Shown in pieces: positions 9,458 to 18,715 of a stretch of 64,000 nt of DNA (position 1 is the stretch's first letter; each line of letters starts with the position of its first letter). Origin of the DNA: Candidatus Multivoradales bacterium. Lineage in GTDB: Bacteria > Acidobacteriota > Thermoanaerobaculia > Multivoradales > JAHEKO01. The stretch is taken from the NCBI GenBank assembly GCA_965248055.1, contig CBDFIJ010000004.1, positions 416,001 to 480,000 of the forward strand, in the 5' to 3' direction. A program made the position numbers and the translations under genes. Below the pieces are notes generated by a model that saw only the letters and a program-made list of their open reading frames with translations, was not told the origin of the DNA and did no database searches.

Positions 9458-10255
9458 CTAACCTTCGGTTGGAGCTTGGTCTTCGGGCGCGCGCCGAGCG
9501 CCGACTCCCAAGAGATTTTCGCCGCCGTCCACCGGAATCGCAGCGCCGGTGATGAAGCCGCTCTCCATCAAGAAGGCGACGGTCGACACCACGTCTTCCG
9601 GTGTACCGGTGCGTTGCAAGGGCAAACGCTTACCCCAGTGCCGCCACTGCTCCGACTCAACGTCGACCCCGGACGCAGGCAGAATCGCTCCGGGGATGAG
9701 CGCGTTCACCCTCACCTCCGGCGCCAACTCGCGGGCCAGTGTTTTGGTCAGGTGAAGTAGCCCAGCTTTGCTCACTCCATGCACCGCATAACCACTCCAA
9801 GCATGCAATGCAGAGAGATCACACAGGTGAACCACGGAGGCCGGCCTCTGGTTGGCCTCAAAACTCCGTCGCAGGTGAGGTAGCAGAGCGCGGGTCACTA
9901 GATAGGGGGCTCGCAGGTTAACCCCAAGAATCCGATTCCAGGCTTCCTCGTCGATGTCGTCAATGTTGCCCTGACGAAAGCTAGCAGCACTGTGAACGAT
10001 TCCGTCCAATCTCCCGGCACTGCCCACCGCGCGATCCAGGGCATCGCATGCCGAACCGTCTGCCAGGTCGGCCTGGACCAACCAGGCTTCGCCCCCCAAG
10101 CTCTGCACCGCCTCTGCGGTTTCCTCCGCACCGGCCTGGGAAGTGCCGTAGTGAACCAGAATGGATGCTCCGCGCTCCGCCAAGCCAAGAGCGATGTCCC
10201 GCCCCAGGCGGTGCCCCGCTCCGGTCACCAGAAACACGGCCTCAGCTATCTGCAT
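9458..10255 (-). CDS. SDR family pteridine reductase (FolM/PTR1-like)
   Basis: VTGAGHRLG, HYGTS, VRVNALIPG, IPVDGG; upstream of folB-folK. Confidence 0.8.
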   Translation of the reverse strand: MQIAEAVFLVTGAGHRLGRDIALGLAERGASILVHYGTSQAGAEETAEAVQSLGGEAWLVQADLADGSACDALDRAVGSAGRLDGIVHSAASFRQGNIDDIDEEAWNRILGVNLRAPYLVTRALLPHLRRSFEANQRPASVVHLCDLSALHAWSGYAVHGVSKAGLLHLTKTLARELAPEVRVNALIPGAILPASGVDVESEQWRHWGKRLPLQRTGTPEDVVSTVAFLMESGFITGAAIPVDGGENLLGVGARRAPEDQAPTEG

Positions 10256-10298
10256 ACGTTGGATTCCATCGTCGACTCCGCTCTCGGTCCCCTAGCGC

Positions 10299-11444
10299 TC
10301 AACCCGCTGGCTCGGCGTCCCCATCGAGGGTTCCGGTTAAGTCGTCGACCGTGCGTTGAATCGCCTCAGCCAAGACTCCGTCGAAGAATCTCTCTGATGC
10401 AGCGTCGCGAACGAACTCTTTGCGCCACTGAGACAGGTCCCACTGAGATAAATCCAAGTCCTCACCGAGGGTTTCAAAAGTGACTTCCTGCTCCTCCGAA
10501 CTCTCTGTTTCCTGATTGGCAGCTTGCCGCTCCACCAGAGCCGATGTCACCTGGGCGAGCAAGTCTGCGAGGAATCCGTGCACTTTGTCGACCTGCTGCC
10601 GACCCTCGAAGACCGGACCGTGGCCGGGAATTACATACTTGGGCTCCAAGCCAGACAACTCACTGAGGGTCTCCAGCCAGCTGCGCGGATAGCCATGGCC
10701 AATGTAGGGCAGGTCGTCCACCACATCCCCAGTAATCAACACCCCGGTCCCCGGCAGGTAGACCACCAGATCACCCCGGGTGTGTGCGACATAGGAATGT
10801 ACTTCAATTCGGCGAGCGCCGTCGTGCAGGGTCAACGCATCACCCATCGCAACTTCAGGAGTCAAGAAGCGAAGTTCTCGATGTGCCAGCAACCACTCTT
10901 CGGCCCGCGCAATACCCGCCTCTTGGGCCGGCAAGTCTTCAGCGGCCAACTCATTGCCCTCTTGATCCCGGCCCAGCTTCAACTGTTCCCTGGTGGGGGG
11001 CAGGATCTCATCCAGCCTGGCGACCCGAGCGGTGATCTGTTTTGCCGCCCGAGCGGGAACGTCTTCGGCCAAGGTTCGGTGCCCGATCAGACCAATCTCG
11101 GCCCCCAAGCGCGCCCGAATCTGTTCGTTGCCTTGGGTGTGGTCGGAATGCCAATGAGTATTGATCAACCAGCGCACTTGGCGTGACGTTCGCTCCGCTA
11201 GTTGATCCAGGAGCTGATCGAGGCGCTCCGTCTTCGCCGGTGCGTCAACCATGATCAACCCGTCCTCACCCCAGTCGATGAACACCACGTTGGCGTCATC
11301 AAACCGCTCTTCGTCCGGCTGCAGAGCGGCAACCACACCCGGTGCCACCTGTTGCCAAGTCCAATCTTGCGCACCCATCGGGGGCCCGGAGAACGCGGCG
11401 ACGGCTACGCAAAAACAGAAAAAAAGAAATCTCCGGGTGCTCAT
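10299..11444 (-). CDS. Secreted MBL-fold metallohydrolase (cyclase-like)
   Basis: Signal peptide; NTHWHSDH, AHTRGD, TGD, IPGHG. Confidence 0.85.
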   Translation of the reverse strand: MSTRRFLFFCFCVAVAAFSGPPMGAQDWTWQQVAPGVVAALQPDEERFDDANVVFIDWGEDGLIMVDAPAKTERLDQLLDQLAERTSRQVRWLINTHWHSDHTQGNEQIRARLGAEIGLIGHRTLAEDVPARAAKQITARVARLDEILPPTREQLKLGRDQEGNELAAEDLPAQEAGIARAEEWLLAHRELRFLTPEVAMGDALTLHDGARRIEVHSYVAHTRGDLVVYLPGTGVLITGDVVDDLPYIGHGYPRSWLETLSELSGLEPKYVIPGHGPVFEGRQQVDKVHGFLADLLAQVTSALVERQAANQETESSEEQEVTFETLGEDLDLSQWDLSQWRKEFVRDAASERFFDGVLAEAIQRTVDDLTGTLDGDAEPAG

Positions 11445-11463
11445 GGTGGGTTAGCCTAACGGT

Positions 11464-11985
11464 ATGGAGTCCCCAGCCAAAATACATCGTGATCAAGGCC
11501 GCGCGGCTCGCGCCCGTTGTGCCGTGCTCACGGTCTCAGATAGCCGTGATCTCGACAACGACCCTAGCGGTGACCTGATCCAGCAAAAGCTCGCGGCGGC
11601 CGGGCACCAAGTCGACCAACGAGCCTTGATTGCCGACGACATCGGCTTGATTCGTGCCCACATTGGAGCGTGGTTGGACGGCCAACAAATTAACCTGATC
11701 CTTTGCACCGGAGGTACTGGGGTCGCAACGCGGGACCAAACCGTTGAAGCGGTTCGACCGCTATGGCAGCGAGAGCTATCCGGCTTCGGGGAACTCTTCC
11801 GAGCCCTATCGTTTGCGGAGATCGGCTCGGCAGCAATGCTCAGTCGCGCCGGAGCTGGCGTGGTCAACCAAACCGCAATCTTCCTGCTACCTGGATCGCC
11901 CAACGCGGTCGAACTGGCGATGGATCGCTTGATTGTGCCGGAGATCGGTCATTTGTTGGGTCTACTGCGCCCCGGGGATGGCTGA
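11464..11985 (+). CDS. moaB: Molybdenum cofactor biosynthesis protein MoaB/MogA
   Basis: LTVSD, TGGTG..RDQT, AMLSRAGAG, LPGSP. Confidence 0.9.
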   Translation: MESPAKIHRDQGRAARARCAVLTVSDSRDLDNDPSGDLIQQKLAAAGHQVDQRALIADDIGLIRAHIGAWLDGQQINLILCTGGTGVATRDQTVEAVRPLWQRELSGFGELFRALSFAEIGSAAMLSRAGAGVVNQTAIFLLPGSPNAVELAMDRLIVPEIGHLLGLLRPGDG

Positions 11986-13029
11986 GGTAGATGGGGACAC
12001 AAACAAAGTATTGTGTCCCCCGGCCCGCCGGGATAGCGTCACCTTGCCAAAATGCCGACCACTGGCCAGAAATCCCAGGGCTTGCGGTAGCTCGGATAAT
12101 CCGAAGGTCCGATCGACCACGGGGCGCAGACGCTGCTCGGTCATCGCGGCCACCATTTCTTCGGCACCCTGACGATGACCGACGACTACGCCCTGGAGGC
12201 GGACCTGCCCCATCAGCACTGGCACCACCGAAAACTGGGACACCGCGCCGGACAGGACTCCGATGATGGCAATGGTGCCGCCCATTTTGACCGCCGCCAA
12301 TGCTTGCGACAGGGTTTCTGCACCCCCAACGTCGACCACCAAATCGACCCCGTCGCCAGCCCACTGTCGTGCAGCTTTGCCCCAATACGGATTGCTTCGA
12401 TAGTTAACCGTGGCATCAGCGCCTAGCTCTACTGCCTTCTCCAGTTTCTGATCGCTCGAGGAGGTAACGAACACTTCAGCTCCCCGAAGCTTGGCAAACT
12501 GGAGAGCAAAGATGGACACCCCACCGGTTCCCTCAACCAAGACCTTGTCGCCAGCTCCAATACCGCTCAACCCCACCACCGCGCTCCAGGCGGTCAATCC
12601 AGCGCAAGGCAGGGTCGCTGCTTCGGCGTCGGTTAGGTATTCGGGTACCGGCAGCACACCTTCAGCCGGTAACACGATCGACTCGGCAAAGGTCCCTGGC
12701 AACGGCCCGCCAAGGGTCTGCCGCACGACATCTCGCACCGGAGGCCCAGATCGCCACTTGGGAGAGAACAGACCGAAGACTCGTTGACCGAGTAAGGCTT
12801 CCTCAGCTTGGGAACCAACCTCGACCACGGTGCCGACCCCGTCCGATCCTGGAATCAACGGCAGCGGTTGTTTGGGGTTGTAGTGCCCCTCGATCATCAT
12901 CAGGTCTCGATAATTGATCGACTGAGCGGCCAGCTCCAGTCGCACCTCCCCAGGCTGCGGGCTCGGAGTTTCCACCGTCTCCCATTGCAGGTTGCTCAAA
13001 CCAAACTGATGGATCCGCCACGCTTTCAT
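11962..13029 (-). CDS. NAD(P)-dependent MDR-family oxidoreductase
   Basis: SINYRD, IPGSDG, LPCAGLTAW, GTGGVSIF, HFGKV. Confidence 0.9.
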   Translation of the reverse strand: MKAWRIHQFGLSNLQWETVETPSPQPGEVRLELAAQSINYRDLMMIEGHYNPKQPLPLIPGSDGVGTVVEVGSQAEEALLGQRVFGLFSPKWRSGPPVRDVVRQTLGGPLPGTFAESIVLPAEGVLPVPEYLTDAEAATLPCAGLTAWSAVVGLSGIGAGDKVLVEGTGGVSIFALQFAKLRGAEVFVTSSSDQKLEKAVELGADATVNYRSNPYWGKAARQWAGDGVDLVVDVGGAETLSQALAAVKMGGTIAIIGVLSGAVSQFSVVPVLMGQVRLQGVVVGHRQGAEEMVAAMTEQRLRPVVDRTFGLSELPQALGFLASGRHFGKVTLSRRAGGHNTLFVSPSTSAIPGAQ

Positions 13030-13496
13030 GCGTCTGCCTCAAGCACCTGGCGGATCCGTTGGCTCAGTGTTTCCCCTTCTGAGGTCGACAGCGACCCTGG
13101 CTGCCAACCGATTCCCAGGCCACTTTCGCCGATCTTGGGAATGATGTGAAAGTGGACGTGGAAGACCACTTGGTGTGCATTGGGTCCGTTGTTTTGCAAC
13201 AAGTTGTAGGCGCTGGCACCGGTCACCCGACACACCGCGCGGGCAATCTGCGGCAGCACCCGACCCACGGCAGCAGCCGATTGCTCGCTCAGTTCGTGTA
13301 GGTAGCGTGCCCTCTGCTTGGGAATCACCAGGGTGTGGCCCAGCGACAGCGGCGAGATATCCAAGAAAGCGAGCACTTGCTCGTCTTCGTAAACTTTGTG
13401 ACTGGGAATGTCGCCGCTTAGAATGCGGTCGAAGATGGTGGGTTCGAACCCACCTTCAGGCAACTCAAGAAAATCTGCCGAATCGTCATTCATCAC
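13026..13496 (-). CDS. HIT family protein
   Basis: GHTLVIPK, HVHFHIIP. Confidence 0.93.
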   Translation of the reverse strand: MMNDDSADFLELPEGGFEPTIFDRILSGDIPSHKVYEDEQVLAFLDISPLSLGHTLVIPKQRARYLHELSEQSAAAVGRVLPQIARAVCRVTGASAYNLLQNNGPNAHQVVFHVHFHIIPKIGESGLGIGWQPGSLSTSEGETLSQRIRQVLEADA

Positions 13497-13540
13497 TCAA
13501 TTCTAGACCGCCCGGCTCTCGGGCTTTGAGAAACAACTTC

Positions 13541-16240
13541 ATGGACTCCCATTCTCTTTCCTATCAACCGGCTCTCTCCTATCAACGCGCGGTTCTGGAC
13601 AACGGCTTGACGGTGATTCTGCACCAAGACCGCAAGGTACCGCATGTCGCGGTCAATGTTTGGTATCTGGTTGGCTCCAAGAACGAACGACCCGGTAAGA
13701 CCGGGCTGGCGCATCTGTTTGAGCACTTGATGTTCGAAGGCAGCCTGCACCATGATGGCGAGTATTTCGCTCCACTTGAGGATGTCGGCGCTACCCAAAT
13801 CAACGGCACCACCAGTCGCGACCGTACCAATTACTTCCAAACGGTGCCGGTCCACGCCTTGGACCTAGCTCTGTGGTTGGAGTCCGACCGGATGGGCTAT
13901 TTCCTCGAAGCCTTCACCGAGGAAAAGCTCGAAGAACAACGCTCCGTGGTGCTCAACGAAATGCGCCAGGGCTACAACCAACCCTACGGCAAACTGTGGA
14001 AGGTAATCGCCGAGTCCACCTATCCGATCGGCCACCCCTACTCGTGGCCGGTAATTGGTCATGAAGCCGATGTCGAAGGCGTTACGATGGACGACGCTCG
14101 CAACTGGTTTCAGACCTACTACGGACCGACCAACGCAGTTCTCTCGCTGGCAGGAGACATCGACTTTGATGACGCCCTGAAACGAGTCGAACGGTATTTT
14201 GGAGCGATTGCTCCTGGTGAGCCGATCGTCGCACCGGGAATCTGGACCGCCGAGCGCAGCGAGTCGAGATCGATGCGCATGCAAGAGCGTGTGCCGCAAG
14301 CCAAGCTGACCTGCCTATGGAACATTCCGGCGATCACTGATCCAGAGTTTTCGGCGCTGAGCTACTGCGCCAGCGTTCTGGCATCGGGACGTTCTTCAGT
14401 CCTGTTTCGCCGCTTAGTGCACCAAGATCAATTGGTTACCGATATCCACGCTTCGCTACGGCCAGGCGTGATTGGCTCCAACTTCGTAGTCCAAGCCGAC
14501 GCTCGTCCGGGGGTCGAACTGGATCAGGTCTATCGTGCAATCGAGGAAGAATTGCTAGCCGCCGCCAACAACAGCCTCGATGCGGATCAACTCGAGCGAA
14601 CCCAAACCCAAGTCCGGTCGGGGATGCTCAGTCGGATGCAGCGCGTCGGTGGCCTGTCCGGCAAGGCCAACACTCTGGCCTCGGGACAAGCATTCTTTGG
14701 CCAACCGGACATCGTCCTGGAGCAAATGGCCCAGGGCATGGCCTTGACCACAGAAGATCTCCATCAAGGAATGGCGAGGTGGTTGGTCGAGCAGGGGTCC
14801 TTGCGTGGGGTGCTGCGGCTGGATACCGTGCCGTTTGAAGCCACATCAGCATCGATCGAGACAGCGGACAACCTAGAGGTCGACCGTTCGCATCATCCCC
14901 AGCTGGCTGAGCCGCAGCCCACGGTGCACCCAGCTATTGAGCAACGGACTCTGGACAACGGTGCACAACTGCTCCACATCCACCGTCCAGATTTGCCCTT
15001 GGTACAAATCGCCATTACATTGCCCGGTGGCTTTGCCTCGGACCTCAGTTCTATTTCTGGTACCGCCAGTATGACCGCGAGCGCCCTGGCTGAGGGCACC
15101 CAAAACAAGGACGCCTTCGCTATCAGCGACCAAGTGCGCTCGCTCGGAGCCCGGCTTTCGATCGGTGCCCACCTGGATGGCACGGCGTTGTCGATTACGG
15201 CGTTGGAAGACAAGCTCCAACCGACCTTGGATCTCGCCTCCGAATTAGTTGCGCAAGCAACCTTTCCTCAGGAAGGCGTCGATCGCCTGCGAGAAGAGCT
15301 ACGCGCCGACATTGCCCAAGAACAAGCGACCCCCGGGCACCTGGCTCAAAGGCTCTTGCCCAAGATTCTGTTTGGCTCGGGTCATCCCTATGCCATCCCC
15401 TTTACCGGCAGCGGCACCGAGGCAGATCTGGAAAACATCACTCGGCAACGACTCGAAGAACATCGGGACCAGTGGTATATCGGCTCTCAAGCCAAGATCG
15501 CGGTGGCCGGATCGATCGATGTCGAGGACATCAGCGCCCGTCTCCAGGCCATGCTCAACTCCTGGCCCACCGGTGCGGTGGCGACGCCTGAGGTCGACGC
15601 GTTGGCCAACCCGGCGCCGGGTATCACCTTCGTCGAACGCCCGGGATCCGAGCAAGCGTTGATCTTCGGCGGGATTCTGGCCCCTGCCATCGACCCCGAG
15701 CGAACCGCGCCCTTGGAGATCTTCAACTCCGCGTTCGGCGGGTCCTTTACTTCCCGGATCAACACCAACCTGCGCGAAGACAAAGCTTGGACCTACGGCG
15801 CTCACTCGACCATCGTCCAAACGCGCGGGCTACGACCCTTTTTGGTCTATACCGAAGTCGACCGAGAGCACGCGCTGGACGCAATCTTGGAACTCAAGCG
15901 CGAGTTGTCCGAAATCCGCGGCCCACGTCCTGTCGACCGGCACGAACTGGAGCGCACGCGCAGCAACTTGCTGCTATCACTACCCGCAACCTGGGAGACC
16001 TTGGGAGCCGCCACTCACGTCTTGAGTGACTTGCTCACCTACGATCTACCGGTATCTACCCTCGACCACTACGTTGAATCCCTGCGCCGAACCACCCTCG
16101 CCGACGTCGCCCAAGCCATCGAATCCTGGACCGATCCCAGACAGATGGTTTGGGTGGTGGTCGGCGATGCCGGAGTTGGCGAAATGCTGGAGAGCAAATT
16201 CGAAGTCACCCGTTTGGACGTCGACGGCGAGGCTGTGTAG
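13541..16240 (+). CDS. M16 family (pitrilysin-like) zinc protease
   Basis: GLAHLFEHLMFEGS inverted zincin motif; second half with NLREDKAWTYGA; start reassigned to 13541. Confidence 0.93.
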   Translation: MDSHSLSYQPALSYQRAVLDNGLTVILHQDRKVPHVAVNVWYLVGSKNERPGKTGLAHLFEHLMFEGSLHHDGEYFAPLEDVGATQINGTTSRDRTNYFQTVPVHALDLALWLESDRMGYFLEAFTEEKLEEQRSVVLNEMRQGYNQPYGKLWKVIAESTYPIGHPYSWPVIGHEADVEGVTMDDARNWFQTYYGPTNAVLSLAGDIDFDDALKRVERYFGAIAPGEPIVAPGIWTAERSESRSMRMQERVPQAKLTCLWNIPAITDPEFSALSYCASVLASGRSSVLFRRLVHQDQLVTDIHASLRPGVIGSNFVVQADARPGVELDQVYRAIEEELLAAANNSLDADQLERTQTQVRSGMLSRMQRVGGLSGKANTLASGQAFFGQPDIVLEQMAQGMALTTEDLHQGMARWLVEQGSLRGVLRLDTVPFEATSASIETADNLEVDRSHHPQLAEPQPTVHPAIEQRTLDNGAQLLHIHRPDLPLVQIAITLPGGFASDLSSISGTASMTASALAEGTQNKDAFAISDQVRSLGARLSIGAHLDGTALSITALEDKLQPTLDLASELVAQATFPQEGVDRLREELRADIAQEQATPGHLAQRLLPKILFGSGHPYAIPFTGSGTEADLENITRQRLEEHRDQWYIGSQAKIAVAGSIDVEDISARLQAMLNSWPTGAVATPEVDALANPAPGITFVERPGSEQALIFGGILAPAIDPERTAPLEIFNSAFGGSFTSRINTNLREDKAWTYGAHSTIVQTRGLRPFLVYTEVDREHALDAILELKRELSEIRGPRPVDRHELERTRSNLLLSLPATWETLGAATHVLSDLLTYDLPVSTLDHYVESLRRTTLADVAQAIESWTDPRQMVWVVVGDAGVGEMLESKFEVTRLDVDGEAV

Positions 16241-16263
16241 TTAGGTACATCCGTCGTAACACC

Positions 16264-16615
16264 TTTCGTAGGGCGGGATAAACCCCGCCCTACGAAACCG
16301 CTCAGGCCTGCCGGATGGCGAGGAAAATGAGACACCCTCTTCGTTGGGGAGCACTTTACGGGCCCCCGGAGCGGGGTAAGCCGGCCAGCGAAACATCGAG
16401 TTGTACCCATCCCTGGGGAGACACCGGTAACGACTCGGAACATCGAGATCCTTCGACTGCGGCCTTCGGCCTCCGCTCAGGATGACTATGGTGAGAGATC
16501 CCGCGGTCATGCCAAACCCATCCTTGGGAAAGATCAACTCAAACCGCCCCTCCCCAGTCATCCTGAGTGACCGGAGCGCAGCGAGGGAGTCGAAGGATCT
16601 CATCGCTCAGGATGA
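16264..16615. repeat. Mosaic REP-like array upstream of upp
   Basis: GTAG hairpin 16264-16297; degenerate REP pair 16335-16386; GAGATCCTTCGAC...GCTCAGGATGAC 16445-16486; inverse-type GTCATCCTGAG...GAAGGATCTC 16557-16601. Confidence 0.85.
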
Positions 16616-16688
16616 AATCGACGCGCCAAGTCTCCTCTTGGACTTCTCGGTGCCTCGATGGCGGTAGGATTCCGCCAGAGGATGCACC

Positions 16689-17345
16689 ATGAGTAATCCA
16701 GAATCGCGATCGTCAATCACCTCAGAGCCATATGTACTCGACCACCCAGTCGCTCGGGCGATGGTCGGCAGCCTGCGCGACAAGAGCACCGGATCGGCGC
16801 TGTTTCGTCAGTTGGCGTCTGAGCTAGCGGCTCTGCTGACCTATGAAGCGACGCGGGACTTGGCAACCGCCAAGACTGAGGTTGAGATTTGGTCGGGACG
16901 TGCCACCGTTCCGCGCATCGACCCAGTCCCCACAGTGGTGCCGATTCTGCGCGCCGGACTGGGGATGATCGACGGGGTCTTGCGCCTTCTGCCGTCCGCA
17001 CCGGTGTCGGTCATTGGCATGTACCGCGATGAAGAGACCCTGCAGCCGGTTCCCTACTATGATGGACTGGTAGCCGACATTGCCCGACGACCGGCCTTGG
17101 TGGTCGACCCGATGCTGGCTACCGGGGGCAGTGCTCGCAGCGCGATCGAACAGCTCAAGAAGGCGGGATGCCGCGATATCCGAGCTTTGTTCTTGCTCTG
17201 TGCACCGGAAGGGGTCGCAGCTCTGCACCGCGACCATCCCGACGTTCCGGTTTACACCGCCGCTCTTGACGAGCGGCTGAACGACAACGGCTACATCCTG
17301 CCTGGCTTGGGCGATGCAGGCGATCGTTTGTTCGGTACTGAGTAG
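16689..17345 (+). CDS. upp: Uracil phosphoribosyltransferase
   Basis: VPILRAGLGM, VDPMLATGGS, GYILPGLGDAGDRLFGT. Confidence 0.97.
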   Translation: MSNPESRSSITSEPYVLDHPVARAMVGSLRDKSTGSALFRQLASELAALLTYEATRDLATAKTEVEIWSGRATVPRIDPVPTVVPILRAGLGMIDGVLRLLPSAPVSVIGMYRDEETLQPVPYYDGLVADIARRPALVVDPMLATGGSARSAIEQLKKAGCRDIRALFLLCAPEGVAALHRDHPDVPVYTAALDERLNDNGYILPGLGDAGDRLFGTE

Positions 17346-17350
17346 ATTGC

Positions 17351-18046
17351 GAGAACCGGACAGATCCCGGCTCCCCAACCCAACCCCCGCCGGGATGACG
17401 GGAAAAGCGGCCCAGCCGAGTTCATCCAGAAGTCTTCTTGCCAAGCAACACGACTAGACGAGCGCTTCAGCCCTTCCCGTCATCCTGAGCGACCGGAGCG
17501 GAGCGAGGGAGTCGAAAGATCTCAACTTTCTGCAGCTCGACCAAAAAAAGCGCCCTCTTCGTAAGGGGGCCCTTTACCGGCTCCCACGGTCATGGCTAAG
17601 CGCCTCAGCAAAACATCAATGGCAAAACAGAACGTCGAGATCCTTCGACTACGGCCTTCGGCCTCCGCTCAGGATGACCATGGTGAGAGATCCAATGGGC
17701 GGGGTACCCCACCACAGGTTCACTAGCTCTGGGGGGCCAAAGGATCGTCCTTCTTCATAGGAAAGCGCTTTACGGGCTCCCGCGGGCCGGGGGTAAACCC
17801 CGCCCACTGACTTTGACGCTACAAAGCTCTTCCCAAATGTCGTTATTAACCATTGACCCCGAACAGAGAATCTACATTCAGTAGGCACTCAACGCGTCCG
17901 AGTCCTTCCCTGATCCAGATCCACCCCTCCGTCATTCTCGCGGCGGAGCGCGTGGGGCGGGATTCTGTCCTCGGTAGGAGCGCCGTCACGAGAACCGGAC
18001 AGATACCGCCCCCTAACCACCCCCGCCGCGATGACGGGAGAAAGCA
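17351..18046. repeat. Mosaic REP-like array downstream of upp
   Basis: Units at 17351-17408, 17479-17523, 17553-17607, 17637-17678, 17749-17805 and inverted pair 17929-17970/17990-18037. Confidence 0.85.
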
Positions 18047-18112
18047 GTTTCACTGGAGTTCTTCATCGACTTTCTCCGGTGCAAGTTGGACGACGCAAAC
18101 AAAAATCTTGGC

Positions 18113-18469
18113 TCACAATAACTCACGGACACGCTCCGTCGGGCGGCCAATCACCGCGCGCTGGCCACGAATTACGATCGGCCGCTCGATCAACTTCGGA
18201 TGCTCAAGCAAGATTTCGAGCCATTGATCTCGGTCGAGGTCACGGTCGGCAAGACCCAATTCACGAAACACAGCTTCTCCCCGGCGTACGATCTCGTTCG
18301 GCTCCATCCCCAGCAATGTCAGGGCTTTTTCCAACTCAGCCTTGGTTGGCGGATGCTGGAGGTAATTAACCACCCGGATCGCTTCTCCGCTCTCTTCGAT
18401 CATCGAAAGCGCCGCGCGACTCTTGGAGCAGCGCGGGTTGTGGAAGATGGTCCAGGGGTGATTCGTCAT
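18113..18469 (-). CDS. arsC: ArsC/Spx family arsenate reductase-like protein
   Basis: HNPRCSKSR, HPKLIERPI, IGRP. Confidence 0.85.
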   Translation of the reverse strand: MTNHPWTIFHNPRCSKSRAALSMIEESGEAIRVVNYLQHPPTKAELEKALTLLGMEPNEIVRRGEAVFRELGLADRDLDRDQWLEILLEHPKLIERPIVIRGQRAVIGRPTERVRELL

Positions 18470-18580
18470 TGGTCAATCATCTCTTAGGAAAATGTAACGC
18501 CACATTCTGGGGCTCCGCTTGTTCACATACCGCCGGCTGGTCAGGGCCAGGGGAGGGGGCAATCCCCTCTCCCTACTGAG

Positions 18581-18715
18581 TCAGAAGCCCGTTGATCAGA
18601 AGCCCGCCAATCAGGAGCCAGCCAATCAGGAGCCAGCTATTCGGAAGCCCTTTATTGGAGAGACAGTATTCAGGAGCCATTACTCAGAGGCCCTTTACTC
18701 AGAAGCCAGTGCCGC
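18581..18715. repeat. Degenerate ~15-bp tandem repeat (~9 units)
   Basis: TCAGAAGCCCGTTGA TCAGAAGCCCGCCAA TCAGGAGCCAGCCAA TCAGGAGCCAGCTAT TCGGAAGCCCTTTAT ... TCAGAGGCCCTTTAC TCAGAAGCCAGTGCC. Confidence 0.8.

Noticed and set aside
13175-13540. N-terminal extension of the M16 peptidase ORF
   Set aside because: Overlaps the HIT gene on the other strand; the real start is ~13541.
16241-16603. 120-aa ORF (RSFDSLAALRSLRMT...VILSGGRRP) and similar ORF 17649-17888
   Set aside because: Translations of the REP palindromes, with no protein-like features.
18581-18715. Possible CRISPR array
   Set aside because: 15-bp period, no unique spacers and no cas genes.
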